A stretch of 64,000 nt of DNA from Methanobrevibacter sp. (GTDB lineage: Archaea > Methanobacteriota > Methanobacteria > Methanobacteriales > Methanobacteriaceae), in contig JAILDN010000004.1 in assembly GCA_024689425.1 (NCBI GenBank), positions 12,464 to 76,463 of the forward strand. The letters run 5' to 3'. Every line of letters starts with the position of its first letter. The stretch's first letter is position 1. The notes below the pieces were generated by a model that made no database searches, was not told the origin of the DNA, and was given only the letters and a program-made list of their open reading frames with translations. Made by a program: the position numbers and the translations under genes. Positions 9,057-19,257 of the stretch are shown one piece after another.

Positions 9057-10213
9057 AGGGTTTCATCTAAAGCTTTAACAAATTTATCAATGTCTTCTTT
9101 TGTAATTATTAACGGAGGTACAAATCTTAAAACCTTATCCGCAGTACAGTTAATTAAAAATCCTTTTTCGCGGAGTTCATCAACATATTCTGCACCAGGT
9201 TTGGTTAATTCTAAACCAACCATCAATCCTTTACCTCTTACATCGGCTATGATTTCCTTATCTAATTTTTTTAATTCAGACAAGAAGTATTCGCCGACTT
9301 CATTAACATTAGCTAAAATATCTTCCTCATCAAAGGCATCCAATATTGCATTGGCTGCTGCACATACTAATGGTCCTCCACCAAAGGTAGTACCATGGTC
9401 TCCAGGTACGAATGCACTAGCTACTTTTTCGGTTGCAAGGATTCCTCCCATTGGGACTCCTCCACCGATTCCTTTAGCCATTGTCATTATATCCGGTTTA
9501 ACATCGAATAATTCATGCGCAAATAATGCTCCGCATCTTCCAAAACCTGTCTGTACTTCATCTACAATAAATACTATATCTTTTTCATGACAGATTTTTT
9601 CGATTTCCTTTAAATAATCAATATCTGGAACATTTACTCCACCTTCACCTTGAATAGGTTCAACAATAATTGCTGCAGTATTTTCATTAATTGCACCTTT
9701 GATAGCTTCAATATCATTATATGGAACTTGAATGAACCCTTTTGGTAATATGGATTCATATGGTTCATGATATTCTGGATGACCTGTTGCTGCAAGTGTC
9801 ATTATGGTCCTTCCGTGAAATGAATCGTTTGTTGAGATTACTTCACTTTTTCCTGTGTATTTAACAGCCAATTTAATAGCTCCCTCATTGGCTTCAGCAC
9901 CGCTGTTTGCATAAAATATCCTATCAAAGTTTGTCAATTCAATCAACTTTTTGGCATAGACTAATGCAGGTTCGTTGTAATAGATGCTTGAAATATGAAT
10001 AAGCTTTTCTGCTTGCTCTTGAATAGCTTTCACAAGTTTAGGGTGATTGTGACCTAACGCATTAACTGCTATTCCAGCAAACATATCCAAATATTCATTT
10101 CCATCTTTGTCCCATACTTTCACGCCTTCACCGTGATCCAGTACTATTGGTTGTCTTGTAAATGTATTAATAAAATAATTATCTTCAATTTCAATAAGTT
10201 CTTTAGTATTCAT
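9053..10213 (-). CDS. argD: Acetylornithine aminotransferase (class III PLP)
   Basis: YLDMFAGIAVNALGH, NSGAEANE, FHGRT, DEVQTG, TMAKGIGGG, HGTTFGG. Confidence 0.93.
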   Translation of the reverse strand: MNTKELIEIEDNYFINTFTRQPIVLDHGEGVKVWDKDGNEYLDMFAGIAVNALGHNHPKLVKAIQEQAEKLIHISSIYYNEPALVYAKKLIELTNFDRIFYANSGAEANEGAIKLAVKYTGKSEVISTNDSFHGRTIMTLAATGHPEYHEPYESILPKGFIQVPYNDIEAIKGAINENTAAIIVEPIQGEGGVNVPDIDYLKEIEKICHEKDIVFIVDEVQTGFGRCGALFAHELFDVKPDIMTMAKGIGGGVPMGGILATEKVASAFVPGDHGTTFGGGPLVCAAANAILDAFDEEDILANVNEVGEYFLSELKKLDKEIIADVRGKGLMVGLELTKPGAEYVDELREKGFLINCTADKVLRFVPPLIITKEDIDKFVKALDETL

Positions 10214-10278
10214 AATAATCACTAATATAATTTATAAATAATGATATTTATATTATAATTATAAAAAAAGGTGATTAA

Positions 10279-10710
10279 ATGAAAGTCGCAATTATTGAAA
10301 CTGATAAAGGAGTAATTGAATTGGAATTATTCCCAAATGAAGCTCCAGGTACTGTAGCTAACTTTGAAAAATTAGCTGACGAAGGATTTTACGATGGATT
10401 AACCTTCCACAGAGTAATACCAAACTTTGTAATTCAAGGAGGATGCCCTAATGGAAATGGAACTGGTGGACCAGGTTACACCATCAAATGTGAAACTGAA
10501 GGAAACCCTCATAAACACGGAACTGGTGCTTTATCTATGGCACATGCTGGTAAAGATACTGGCGGAAGCCAATTCTTCATTACCCACTCCCCACAACCTC
10601 ACTTGGATGGAGTGCACACTGTCTTTGGTCAAGTAATTAAAGGTCAAGACGTGGTCAATGCAATCCAGCAAGGAGACAAAATGAATAAAGTTTACATTGA
10701 AGAAAGATAG
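10279..10710 (+). CDS. Cyclophilin-type peptidyl-prolyl cis-trans isomerase
   Basis: [40 protein letters not shown]. Confidence 0.95.
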   Translation: MKVAIIETDKGVIELELFPNEAPGTVANFEKLADEGFYDGLTFHRVIPNFVIQGGCPNGNGTGGPGYTIKCETEGNPHKHGTGALSMAHAGKDTGGSQFFITHSPQPHLDGVHTVFGQVIKGQDVVNAIQQGDKMNKVYIEER

Positions 10711-10900
10711 TTTTTTTGAACCTCTCCGGCTTAAAGAAGCCGGAGATTCTTAGGCCATGCCTATTGTTTCGTCAAAACATTTCCATTCATAATGATATAA
10801 GAATTTGCCTTGACCAATAGGCATGAAATCTACTAAGCATAGCACCGTTGAACCAGCGGCGCGTAGACCTTCGTCTAAAATATTTTTTGCAGCATTAACA
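10696..10900 (-). ncRNA. Predicted TnpB omega/reRNA: tnpB 3' end plus right end, with a flank-derived guide (AAAAACUAUCUUUCUUCAAU); 5' boundary approximate
   Basis: Inferred from established TnpB biology and the TCAA end at 10716; the scaffold was not folded computationally. Confidence 0.5.
10723..10746. repeat. Right-end subterminal hairpin TCTCCGGCTT-AAAG-AAGCCGGAGA
   Basis: Perfect 10-bp stem at the foot of the tnpB stop codon. Confidence 0.9.
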
Positions 10901-12018
10901 TCCCTTTGAAGAATGCTATGGCAGTGCGGACATTCCCACACCCTTTCATCACAATCTAAGTCATGGTTGATTTCTCCACAGACATTGCACTTTTTGCTCG
11001 ATGGAAACCACCGATCGATTTGTATAAATTCACGGCCATACCATTGGGCTTTGTATTTTATCATTTCTATGAGTTTGCCCCATCCAATTTCATGTATGCT
11101 TCTGCTTAAATTGCGGGAACGTATCATTCCTCGGATGTTTAATGTTTCCATGGCTATGAATTCGCAGTGTTTGACTATGTTGTAGGATATTTTATGGTAA
11201 TAATCAAGAACTACGTTGTTTTTCTTGTTTATCCATCGGTGGAGTTTTTTGAGTGTTTTTTTCCAGTTGGATCCATTCTTTTTTTGTCGGGCTATTTTTT
11301 GCTGGTAGTATTGTATTCTTCCGTTTATTCTTTTCAAGTCAGGTTTAGGTATGACTTTGCCATTGGAAAAGGTTAGGAAGTCTGTTAGTCCGACATCTAT
11401 GCCTACATATAATCCAGAGTTCTTGAATTCTTCTCTTGGTTGTATTTTTTCTAGTTCGTAGACTATGCATATGAACCAGCGTCCATTTTCTTTTATGATG
11501 GTGGCTTCCTTGATTTTTCCATCAATGTCTCTTTTATATTTGACTTTGATGTATCCGAGTTTATTTAAGCGGAACAGGTTTTCTTCCCATCTTAAAGTAC
11601 TTTTCATACCTTCTTTGGTAGAATATTCGTTGTTTCTCAATGTAATGGAGATTACGGGATTCTTTTTTAGTGATTTGAAATGTGGACGTCCAGTTCTATT
11701 ATCATAGAATCCGTTGTAGGCTTTTATCAAGCGGTCAGTAGAGGCTTGAAGACATGTGGATTCAGCATTTTTAAGGAATGGTTTTTGTTTTTTAAGGTTT
11801 TTTAATATTTTTTGTGTGTATATGCGATCTACTTCCGATTCTGTGCATATTCCAAGCTTGACTAGGTTTTCACGGTAAATACTTACTTCCAATGTTTTGT
11901 TGAAAACATAACCTGTGGCACGGAAATTGAAATTCAATTCCCCTTCTAAATCCTTATCAGGGAAAAATTCAATTTTATCAGTCAAAATAAAAGTTTTTCC
12001 ACACATAAAAAAACACAC
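10750..12018 (-). CDS. tnpB: TnpB RNA-guided endonuclease (start GTG 12018 or ATG 12006)
   Basis: RuvC-I GIDVG, RuvC-II AMETL, zinc finger SSKKCNVCG..WECPHC, RuvC-III RDVNAAKNI; P.FKS motif. Confidence 0.95.
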   Translation of the reverse strand: MCFFMCGKTFILTDKIEFFPDKDLEGELNFNFRATGYVFNKTLEVSIYRENLVKLGICTESEVDRIYTQKILKNLKKQKPFLKNAESTCLQASTDRLIKAYNGFYDNRTGRPHFKSLKKNPVISITLRNNEYSTKEGMKSTLRWEENLFRLNKLGYIKVKYKRDIDGKIKEATIIKENGRWFICIVYELEKIQPREEFKNSGLYVGIDVGLTDFLTFSNGKVIPKPDLKRINGRIQYYQQKIARQKKNGSNWKKTLKKLHRWINKKNNVVLDYYHKISYNIVKHCEFIAMETLNIRGMIRSRNLSRSIHEIGWGKLIEMIKYKAQWYGREFIQIDRWFPSSKKCNVCGEINHDLDCDERVWECPHCHSILQRDVNAAKNILDEGLRAAGSTVLCLVDFMPIGQGKFLYHYEWKCFDETIGMA

Positions 12019-12122
12019 ACATCCTTTTATTATTATTATTTCATTTTTTTTTATAAGAACATTAAATTAACTACCATTCTTATAAATAAAAATTAATAAG
12101 ATAATATATAAAGAAATTATCC

Positions 12123-12141
12123 AAGAGCATTTGAAAAGTAA
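12123..12141 (-). promoter_or_regulatory. Dispersed 19-bp motif, copy B (18/19), inside the IS upstream of tnpB
   Basis: Minus strand TTACTTTTCAAATGCTCTT, then 10 nt, then TTTATATA. Confidence 0.6.
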
Positions 12142-12193
12142 TATTTAAATAAAAACTAAAAAAAATATTCGAATGTCCTTAAAGTGCAATTCA

Positions 12194-12217
12194 TCTCTGG
12201 CTTAAAGAAGCCAGAGA
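12194..12217. repeat. Left-end subterminal hairpin TCTCTGGCTT-AAAG-AAGCCAGAGA with outer GTGCAA/TTGCAC stem
   Basis: Differs from the right-end hairpin by one compensatory C-G to T-A pair; outer arms at 12184-12189 and 12222-12227. Confidence 0.9.
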
Positions 12218-12348
12218 ATTCTTGCACAACAATGTTAAACTATCCTTATTTTTAATTTAATTAATTATTGTAAAAACCACCTTCTTTTAAAAAAATTTAT
12301 ATAACAATAGTTATATAAGAATAAATACAATTATCATGAGGGTCATCT

Positions 12349-13179
12349 ATGGAATTTATAAGAGAAAGTGAAGTTATTCAATGGAAAAACGGAGAATACA
12401 AAACAATTAAAGAAAATAGTGTAGAGGATGAGTATACATATTTGTTTATTGATTATTTGCCCCCACGTAAATTCTCAACATACCCCAAAGATTTGAAAGA
12501 CTTTGCTATAGGATACTGTCTGGGTGAAGGCTTAATTAAAGATTATTCTGACATTGAATCAATAGAATGTGATGGAACAAATGTTTTGGTTAGCACAAAA
12601 CTTAGCCATGACCCTGAAGAAGATTTGGAGCAGGACGGAATAGTTCAGGAGCGAAAAGGCAATTGTGAACATGCCTGTGTCTGCAGATTGCTTGAATATC
12701 AGGGTGTGAACTCAGATAATGCAGGAGGCATAAGATCAGAACTCAAAAGCATTGAAAAAAATACCTCTGACTTAAAAATAGACGCAACCCAAATTATTAA
12801 AGACATTGAACACCTGACTGATGAAGCAAAAATATGGCAAAAAACCGCAGGAGTCCATGTTGCACAATTGAAATATGAAGACAATACAATCATCCGTGAA
12901 GATGTAAGCAGACACGTTGCAGTAGACAAAGTGATTGGAGCAGCATCAAAAGAAGGATATGACTTTTCCAAATGTTATATTTCATACAGTGGGAGAATGC
13001 CTGCTGATATGCTGATAAAAGTAATCAGAGTTGGAATTCCAATAATTATCTCAAATGCGGCACCGGCATCATCAGGTATTGATGTAGCTAACGCAGGAAA
13101 TATTACCATAATCGGATTTGTCCGAGACAACAGATTTACAGTCTACACATCTCCAGAACGTGTAAACTTGGAAAAATAG
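12349..13179 (+). CDS. fdhD: Formate dehydrogenase accessory sulfurtransferase FdhD
   Basis: TAGVHVA, REDVSRHVAVDKVIG, SGRMPADMLIK, TIIGFVR. Confidence 0.9.
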   Translation: MEFIRESEVIQWKNGEYKTIKENSVEDEYTYLFIDYLPPRKFSTYPKDLKDFAIGYCLGEGLIKDYSDIESIECDGTNVLVSTKLSHDPEEDLEQDGIVQERKGNCEHACVCRLLEYQGVNSDNAGGIRSELKSIEKNTSDLKIDATQIIKDIEHLTDEAKIWQKTAGVHVAQLKYEDNTIIREDVSRHVAVDKVIGAASKEGYDFSKCYISYSGRMPADMLIKVIRVGIPIIISNAAPASSGIDVANAGNITIIGFVRDNRFTVYTSPERVNLEK

Positions 13180-13184
13180 ATGAT

Positions 13185-13940
13185 TTAAAGTTCATCTAAA
13201 AAAAATGAACTTAAATCCAAAAGGTCAAATGTTAATATTTTTGGGGCTGAAGTGACTTTTCCAACACCAGTGATTACTTTAAAAGCTTCAAAAGCTTCTA
13301 AACAACCAATTAAATTAGGAGTAGGACCAATTACCGGTGGAACTCCTGAAGTTACATTTTTTAAATCATCAATAACGTCTTCTGTTAATTCTTTACCTAC
13401 AGAAGGTAAATTAAACATTTCTTCATATGTTATATCCCCATCAGGTAAAAAAACAGATGTTTGACCCATAGTTCCATGAATTGCACCATGAATATAAGGA
13501 ATTCCTTTAACTTTAGCCTCTCTTGATACAATAACCCTGGTTAAAACATTGTCCAAAGCATCTATGACAATATCGGAATCGCCTATTACCTTACTTATAT
13601 TAGTCTCGTCAACATGTTCATTAAAAGTGGTTACTTTAACATAAGGATTGATTAATCTAACTTTTTCTTTAGCTACATCACTTTTAACGAGGCCTAAATC
13701 AGATATTGCAGCCAATGTTTGTCTGTTTAAATTTGACAAATCAAAAGCATCTTTATCAACTAAAACAAGTTCACCAATACCCATTCTAGCTAACATTTCA
13801 ATAGTTTCACCACCGATTCCTCCACAACCGATAACCGTTATTTTAGCATCTTTAAATCTTTGCTGTTCGCTTCTTGTTACAACACTCATTTGTCTGGATA
13901 TTATTTCCCAATATCCATCACCTATGTATCTTGTTGGCAA
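13185..13940 (-). CDS. ThiF/MoeB/HesA family adenylyltransferase (E1-like)
   Basis: VIGCGGIGG, DKDAFDLSNLNRQ, DALDN, IHGA. Confidence 0.9.
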   Translation of the reverse strand: MPTRYIGDGYWEIISRQMSVVTRSEQQRFKDAKITVIGCGGIGGETIEMLARMGIGELVLVDKDAFDLSNLNRQTLAAISDLGLVKSDVAKEKVRLINPYVKVTTFNEHVDETNISKVIGDSDIVIDALDNVLTRVIVSREAKVKGIPYIHGAIHGTMGQTSVFLPDGDITYEEMFNLPSVGKELTEDVIDDLKNVTSGVPPVIGPTPNLIGCLEAFEAFKVITGVGKVTSAPKILTFDLLDLSSFFLDEL

Positions 13941-14161
13941 TTTTACACCCCTTAAAACATTTCTTATATGAAAACAGAAAAAATATCATTTTATTAACAT
14001 TAACAATAAATAATCCCTTCAAAATTTAGTAATATAACAATAGTTATTTTTTCTATGAAATAATTGTATGCTTAATAGTATAAATAGTTTTTTCAAGAAA
14101 AAATTTAATCTATAAATGACGGAGATGAAATTAAATTAATCATATTTCAGGTAAAACATTT

Positions 14162-15526
14162 TTATGAATCATTAGATTTAATTCCAACAAGTGAAGCAAA
14201 TACAGAAGCTATACACAATATTACACAGATTATACAAGTTATTTGACATGATGAAGTCAATAACGGATAATATTGCTCAACAATAGGAACATTGCCCATC
14301 ACAAATGCAAATACCAACGTCAATATTCCAATACTCATAGCTTGGCCAACAGTACGCATCGTTGATACGGCCGCTGATGCAACGGATGTGCCTTCCGGCG
14401 GAACCGAACCCATAATAACATTTGTATTCGGAGGGGAGAACAATCCGAAACCGACACCATATATTATCATTGAAACAACTATAAATTCAAGCGGGGTTTC
14501 GCTTCCCAAAAATGAAAATAGAATCAGTGAAAGTGTACCTAATGACATTCCAATAGCCGCTAAAATTTGTGGAACATACTTATCAGATAATCTTCCGGCT
14601 ATAGGGGCAAGAACTACCTGACATAAAGGCGCAGAAAGTAGAATTAAACCCGCATATTGTGAATCAAAACCTTTAATATACTGCAAATGATAGTTTAAAA
14701 TTGTTGTAACGGCAAAAGTGGCCAAATAGGCACAAAGCGAAGCAAAATTGGATGATAGGAATTTACGATTCTTAAAGTATTTTATATCAAATACAGGATT
14801 TTTTTGTTTCAGCTCGATTAAACCAAATACGATTAAGATTATTATGCCTAAAACTGTCAATATTACTCCAAAAGGCTCATTAAGTATTGTAAATCCATAC
14901 ATAAACAATACCATTCCGATTCCATAGGACAGAGACCCTTTAATATCAAGAGGAATGTTTTCAAAAGTAATCCACTCATCATCGATTTTAGTTAAAAGCA
15001 AAGCAAGAATTACAAATAAGAAAGGAACTCCAAACAATACTACAAATCTCCAGCCCAATTGGTAATTGATTATTCCTCCAAGAACCGGTGAGAGAGACAA
15101 TCCTATATAAACTCCCGTAATATTGATTCCCAATGCCTTACCCCGCTCTTCGGGTTTAAATGCGGAAACCACCATTGCCATGGAAGTAACATTAATAAAT
15201 GATAATGATATTCCCAATATAAAACGGCAGGCTAAAAACTGTTCTGAATTTGTAACCAATACATTAACAACAGAAATTATAATAAAAAGAATAATGCTTA
15301 AGATCGTGATTTTTTTAAGGCCATATTTTCCGGAAATCTGTCCTGCCGGAACGGACATTACTGCAACAACCAGCAAAAATATAATTGTAATCCAATTTTG
15401 AACAATATTGCTCATATGGAATTCACTGGCTATTGATGGAATAACAACCATGACCGCATTTACTGCAAAAACAGTGAAAAATGATAATATTGTACAAATT
15501 AATAAGATTAAATTCTTCTTTTCCAT
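14162..15526 (-). CDS. MFS drug:H+ antiporter (DHA2/EmrB-QacA-like)
   Basis: About 14 hydrophobic segments; ERGKALGI, G...GPVLGG-like motif C, AGRLSDKY, SPPNTN. Confidence 0.87.
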   Translation of the reverse strand: MEKKNLILLICTILSFFTVFAVNAVMVVIPSIASEFHMSNIVQNWITIIFLLVVAVMSVPAGQISGKYGLKKITILSIILFIIISVVNVLVTNSEQFLACRFILGISLSFINVTSMAMVVSAFKPEERGKALGINITGVYIGLSLSPVLGGIINYQLGWRFVVLFGVPFLFVILALLLTKIDDEWITFENIPLDIKGSLSYGIGMVLFMYGFTILNEPFGVILTVLGIIILIVFGLIELKQKNPVFDIKYFKNRKFLSSNFASLCAYLATFAVTTILNYHLQYIKGFDSQYAGLILLSAPLCQVVLAPIAGRLSDKYVPQILAAIGMSLGTLSLILFSFLGSETPLEFIVVSMIIYGVGFGLFSPPNTNVIMGSVPPEGTSVASAAVSTMRTVGQAMSIGILTLVFAFVMGNVPIVEQYYPLLTSSCQITCIICVILCIASVFASLVGIKSNDS

Positions 15527-15549
15527 CAAATTAATTTATTAAAATTATA

Positions 15550-16452
15550 TTATTTTAATTTATTCATCAAACCTGATTTTCTGGCATAATGAAACATATA
15601 TAACTGAACGTAACCTGCATAATCGCCAAATTCTTCCATTCCAAATTCCCTGACTTTTTCAACTTTAATATCCTTTCCATCAAAGTACAAATAAGAAACA
15701 ATGCGCTTAATCCAGACATCACTTGGAAAAGCTTCCCTAAATCCAAAACCATATAGTAAAATACAATCAGCTACCTTAGGGCCGACACCCGGAACTTTTA
15801 AAATCGTTTCAAAAGCTTCATCATAAGACATTTTCCCAATATCCGAAAGGTCCATTTCAAGTGAAAAAATTTCGCTTGCCTTGCGCATATATAGTGCCCT
15901 ATAACCAACTCCACAGGCTTTTAAATTATTATCTTTCATTGCATTTGTTTTTAAATGCTCTTCTTCCTCATCCAAAAATATATCATTGAATGTTTCACAA
16001 TCAGGAAATGAATAAAAATTATTGAAATTACGACCCCATTTAAATTTCATATCGCTAATAGACTTTGTCCATCGCTTAATTGAATTATTTGCAGAGCAAA
16101 TTGAAGATATCAAACATTCAAAAGAGTCTTTAGCTTGGAATAACCTTAAACCTTTACAAAACTTTGACATTTCACTAAGTTCTGCCTGGTTATCAAGATA
16201 ATCATAAAATTTCAACAAATCAAAGTCCAAATCATAGATTTTTTTAACATTTTCAATAGCTTGATTTTGAGTTATATTTCCACTGTAATTAAAATCTAAA
16301 TATTTGCCATTTTGAGATACATTAAAAATAGAATATTCTCCATCAATACAAACTAAATCACTGTAAACTCCATTTTCACAAATCCATGGAGGCTGTGAAG
16401 TCTGACCTGAAATTTGGGTTAATTCCAAATCAATTGGTGAATCGATAATCAT
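15550..16452 (-). CDS. 8-oxoguanine DNA glycosylase (Ogg1-like, HhH-GPD)
   Basis: [52 protein letters not shown]. Confidence 0.85.
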   Translation of the reverse strand: MIIDSPIDLELTQISGQTSQPPWICENGVYSDLVCIDGEYSIFNVSQNGKYLDFNYSGNITQNQAIENVKKIYDLDFDLLKFYDYLDNQAELSEMSKFCKGLRLFQAKDSFECLISSICSANNSIKRWTKSISDMKFKWGRNFNNFYSFPDCETFNDIFLDEEEEHLKTNAMKDNNLKACGVGYRALYMRKASEIFSLEMDLSDIGKMSYDEAFETILKVPGVGPKVADCILLYGFGFREAFPSDVWIKRIVSYLYFDGKDIKVEKVREFGMEEFGDYAGYVQLYMFHYARKSGLMNKLK

Positions 16453-17273
16453 AATCTCACAGAAACATTGTTATCTTTTAGGTACTGTTTTACTTCACCG
16501 ATTGAATATTGGTTGAAATGGAAAATACTGGCTGCAAGAGCTGCACTGACATCAGTCTTTTCAAAGACCTCTAAAATATCTTTAGGTTCGCCAACACCAC
16601 CACTGGCAATTACCGGAATATCAACTGCATCATTTATGACTCGATTAAGTTCAATATCATAACCTGCTTGAGTTCCATCCCCATCCATACTAGTTAAAAG
16701 AATTTCACCAGCTCCACGATCTTGACATTCCAATGCCCATTGAATAGCATCAATGCCTGTGAATTCACGTCCCCCGTAAATACTACAATCAAACCAACAA
16801 TATCCTTTTTCAGTTTCAATCACAGTTTTATCTTTCGCATCATCTGGATGAGAAACATATCTTCTTTTTGCATCGATTCCAATGACTACAGCCTGAGAAC
16901 CGACAACTTTAGAAGCTTCAGTCAATAAACTAGGGTTTTTAATGGCTGCGGTGTTTGTAGAACATTTATCTGCTCCAGCTTTAAGCATTTTAATATAATC
17001 ATCAACTTTTCTTATTCCTCCACCAACACAAATAGGCATGAAAACGTTTTCGGTTAATCTATCAATTACATCAGCCATTGTTGCACGTCTTTCATGAGAA
17101 GCTGTGATGTCTAATACAACAACTTCGTCGGCCCCTTCCTCATAATATCGAGTTGCAAGTTCTACAGGATTACCGGCATATTTAATCTCTTTAAATTCAA
17201 CACCTTTTACAACTCTACCTTCAGGAACCTGTAAATCACAATCAAGACAAGGAATAATTCTTTTAGTTAACAT
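16449..17273 (-). CDS. hisF: Imidazole glycerol phosphate synthase cyclase subunit
   Basis: [50 protein letters not shown]. Confidence 0.97.
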   Translation of the reverse strand: MLTKRIIPCLDCDLQVPEGRVVKGVEFKEIKYAGNPVELATRYYEEGADEVVVLDITASHERRATMADVIDRLTENVFMPICVGGGIRKVDDYIKMLKAGADKCSTNTAAIKNPSLLTEASKVVGSQAVVIGIDAKRRYVSHPDDAKDKTVIETEKGYCWFDCSIYGGREFTGIDAIQWALECQDRGAGEILLTSMDGDGTQAGYDIELNRVINDAVDIPVIASGGVGEPKDILEVFEKTDVSAALAASIFHFNQYSIGEVKQYLKDNNVSVRL

Positions 17274-17294
17274 AATATCTAAGAAAAAAAGTAG

Positions 17295-17318
17295 TTATTG
17301 TTTTTAAAAAAACAATAA
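17295..17318 (-). terminator. Inverted repeat TTATTGTTTT..AAAACAATAA followed by a T-run (minus strand), downstream of secG
   Basis: Read directly just after the secG stop. Confidence 0.5.
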
Positions 17319-17321
17319 ATA

Positions 17322-17483
17322 TTAAGCTGAATATCTTAAAACAAAACAAAATATAGCTAAAATAATGGTTAAAACTACTACGTGCTCAGGAGAAAGTTTA
17401 GGTCCTACACTTTCTTCATCAAAATACCTTACCAAACCAGCACCGGTTTGAGGCATACTAATCTTATTATCTTTTTTTGCCAT
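17322..17483 (-). CDS. secG: Preprotein translocase subunit Sec61-beta/SecG (53 aa, not in the ORF track)
   Basis: Hand translation MAKKDNKISMPQTGAGLVRYFDEESVGPKLSPEHVVVLTIILAIFCFVLRYSA*; AGLVRYFDEE..KLSPE is the archaeal Sec61-beta signature; GGAGA RBS. Confidence 0.93.
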   Translation of the reverse strand: MAKKDNKISMPQTGAGLVRYFDEESVGPKLSPEHVVVLTIILAIFCFVLRYSA

Positions 17484-17579
17484 AATATCTCCTTTAATAA
17501 ATTAATAAAAATAACTGTAAATAATTTATTTTTTTCATAGTATATAATATTATTGAAAACAAAAATAATTCATGAAAAA

Positions 17580-18047
17580 TTAAATTTTTTCTTTTTTAAT
17601 TACTTTAATTTCACTTATTTTTGTATCAGGATATTGTCCATTTTCATCTTTTTCAACAGCCTTAACCATATCCCATATTGTTAGAAGACCTACACTAACT
17701 CCGGTAATTGCCTCCATTTCAACACCCGTCTTGCCTAATGTATTAACAGCACAAGTACAAGTAATTAGGGTTGATTCAACATCAAAATCTACTTCAATAC
17801 CTGTTAAGTTTAATGGATGACATAGAGGAATGATTGATGAAGTATTTTTAACAGCCTGAATAGCTGCAATTTGAGCGGTTGTTAAAACATTACCTTTTTT
17901 AATTTCTTCATCTTGAATCATTTTAATAGTATTTTCATCTAAAAATATTTTTCCAGATGCAACGGCTCTTCTTTTTTGATCTGGTTTTTTACCAACCTCA
18001 ACCATGTGAACTCCACTGTCTGTTAAATGTGTAAAATCTTTTTCCAT
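17580..18047 (-). CDS. moaC: Cyclic pyranopterin monophosphate synthase
   Basis: FTHL...[30 protein letters not shown]. Confidence 0.96.
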   Translation of the reverse strand: MEKDFTHLTDSGVHMVEVGKKPDQKRRAVASGKIFLDENTIKMIQDEEIKKGNVLTTAQIAAIQAVKNTSSIIPLCHPLNLTGIEVDFDVESTLITCTCAVNTLGKTGVEMEAITGVSVGLLTIWDMVKAVEKDENGQYPDTKISEIKVIKKEKI

Positions 18048-18054
18048 AATATCC

Positions 18055-19251
18055 CTACTTTTCACTTACTTCTATAACATCTAATTGTTCGCAAATAGCT
18101 TTAACTCCTAATTTATCAGCGACATTAGGCTGTGATCTTCCTTCATCACCTGAAATTAACTCTTTAATGTATAATCCGCCTTCAGTTTTAATAGTCATTT
18201 CAAATGTCATATCATCAATTACTTCACAGGATAACTCAATGACATGTTTTATACGTACTTTATCTGCACGCCTGTGTGAAACTCTTATTGGAGTCTGTTG
18301 ATGAATTTCATCTAAATCATTTAGCAATTCAAGCTTATTCTTATCATAAGTTTCCTCACATTTGACTAAAGCCTTATAAACTTTATATGCATCAGGAGAA
18401 GATACTTTAATTTCTGCTTTTCTATTCCTATGCGTAAACTTTAAATTATGATATTGGGTTTTTCCTTTATTAATTTCATTGATTTGTTCTTCTAATTTTT
18501 CTAGATTAATTTTTCTTATTCTAGGTTCTTTTATTTCAAGCACGAATGGTCGGCCCGAACCCAACATTAAAACATCAATGTCCTCTCTGCCTGCCCCATG
18601 GAATTTGGCTTCATATCCATTAGTGGCCTTTAAAATGTGCTCGGAAATCAATTCTTCCACTGAACATGGATATTGTTTGCCTGTAAAATTACATTCCTCA
18701 CATCCTCTTCCCTTACATTTACCGCAAGGCCATTTCGTTTGAGGAATTCCACGAATTAATTTATTATATTTGCCTTCAATAAAAATCGGATTGATTTGTA
18801 CCCTAACTTTAGGCTCCTTTCTTAAATTTACATTGACAATAATGTCCTGCTTTTCAAAATTAACTTCTTTTTGTAAAGTGTTTTCTAGTTCTTTACCTAT
18901 TATTCTATTAATTTCTTTTTTGATTGGTTCAACATCCAAATCTAAGCTTTTAATGATTTCATCATCACGTTGCTTAATTTCTTTATCAATACTTGAACCA
19001 ACAATGAATGAATCAAACTCTACCTGTAAGAAATCAAGTTTGTCATAGATTTTTGTAAATAAATCATCATCAATTTTATCAAAGACGTTATTACAAATCA
19101 TACAATCATTGAATTCTAAATCAAGATTTAATGATTCGGCTCTTGAGACATTATCTGATCCATCAATTGTTTTTGATAGCATTCTTCCAAGACAATGCTT
19201 ACAAATTTTACCATCCGTTTTTTCAAGAATTTCATCAATTAAAGGATACAT
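18055..19251 (-). CDS. pus10: tRNA pseudouridine(54/55) synthase Pus10
   Basis: [52 protein letters not shown]. Confidence 0.95.
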   Translation of the reverse strand: MYPLIDEILEKTDGKICKHCLGRMLSKTIDGSDNVSRAESLNLDLEFNDCMICNNVFDKIDDDLFTKIYDKLDFLQVEFDSFIVGSSIDKEIKQRDDEIIKSLDLDVEPIKKEINRIIGKELENTLQKEVNFEKQDIIVNVNLRKEPKVRVQINPIFIEGKYNKLIRGIPQTKWPCGKCKGRGCEECNFTGKQYPCSVEELISEHILKATNGYEAKFHGAGREDIDVLMLGSGRPFVLEIKEPRIRKINLEKLEEQINEINKGKTQYHNLKFTHRNRKAEIKVSSPDAYKVYKALVKCEETYDKNKLELLNDLDEIHQQTPIRVSHRRADKVRIKHVIELSCEVIDDMTFEMTIKTEGGLYIKELISGDEGRSQPNVADKLGVKAICEQLDVIEVSEK

Positions 19252-19257
19252 GTTAAT

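Larger units (their letters stand above)
10716..12234 (-). mobile_element. IS200/IS605-family element, tnpB only (IS1341-like, non-autonomous), about 1519 bp
   Basis: Near-identical subterminal hairpins at 10723-10746 and 12194-12217. On the minus strand the right end reads GAAT-hairpin-AGGTTCAA and the left end follows TTTAA. No tnpA. Excision regenerates an 8-bp stem-loop at the junction. Confidence 0.88.

Noticed and set aside
12019-12193. tnpA remnant between the left end and tnpB
   Set aside because: Only about 170 AT-rich nt, with no HUH/Y1 motif in any frame I read.
14162-15526. MFS transporter as a recent horizontal acquisition (more CCG/CGG-type words by eye)
   Set aside because: Impression only; composition was not computed and no mobility signatures flank it.
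15951-15963. Partial match AAATGCTCTT to the dispersed motif inside ogg (also AGCATTTGA in nrdD and in the DsbA-like gene)
   Set aside because: Only 9-10 nt, inside coding sequence; expected by chance.
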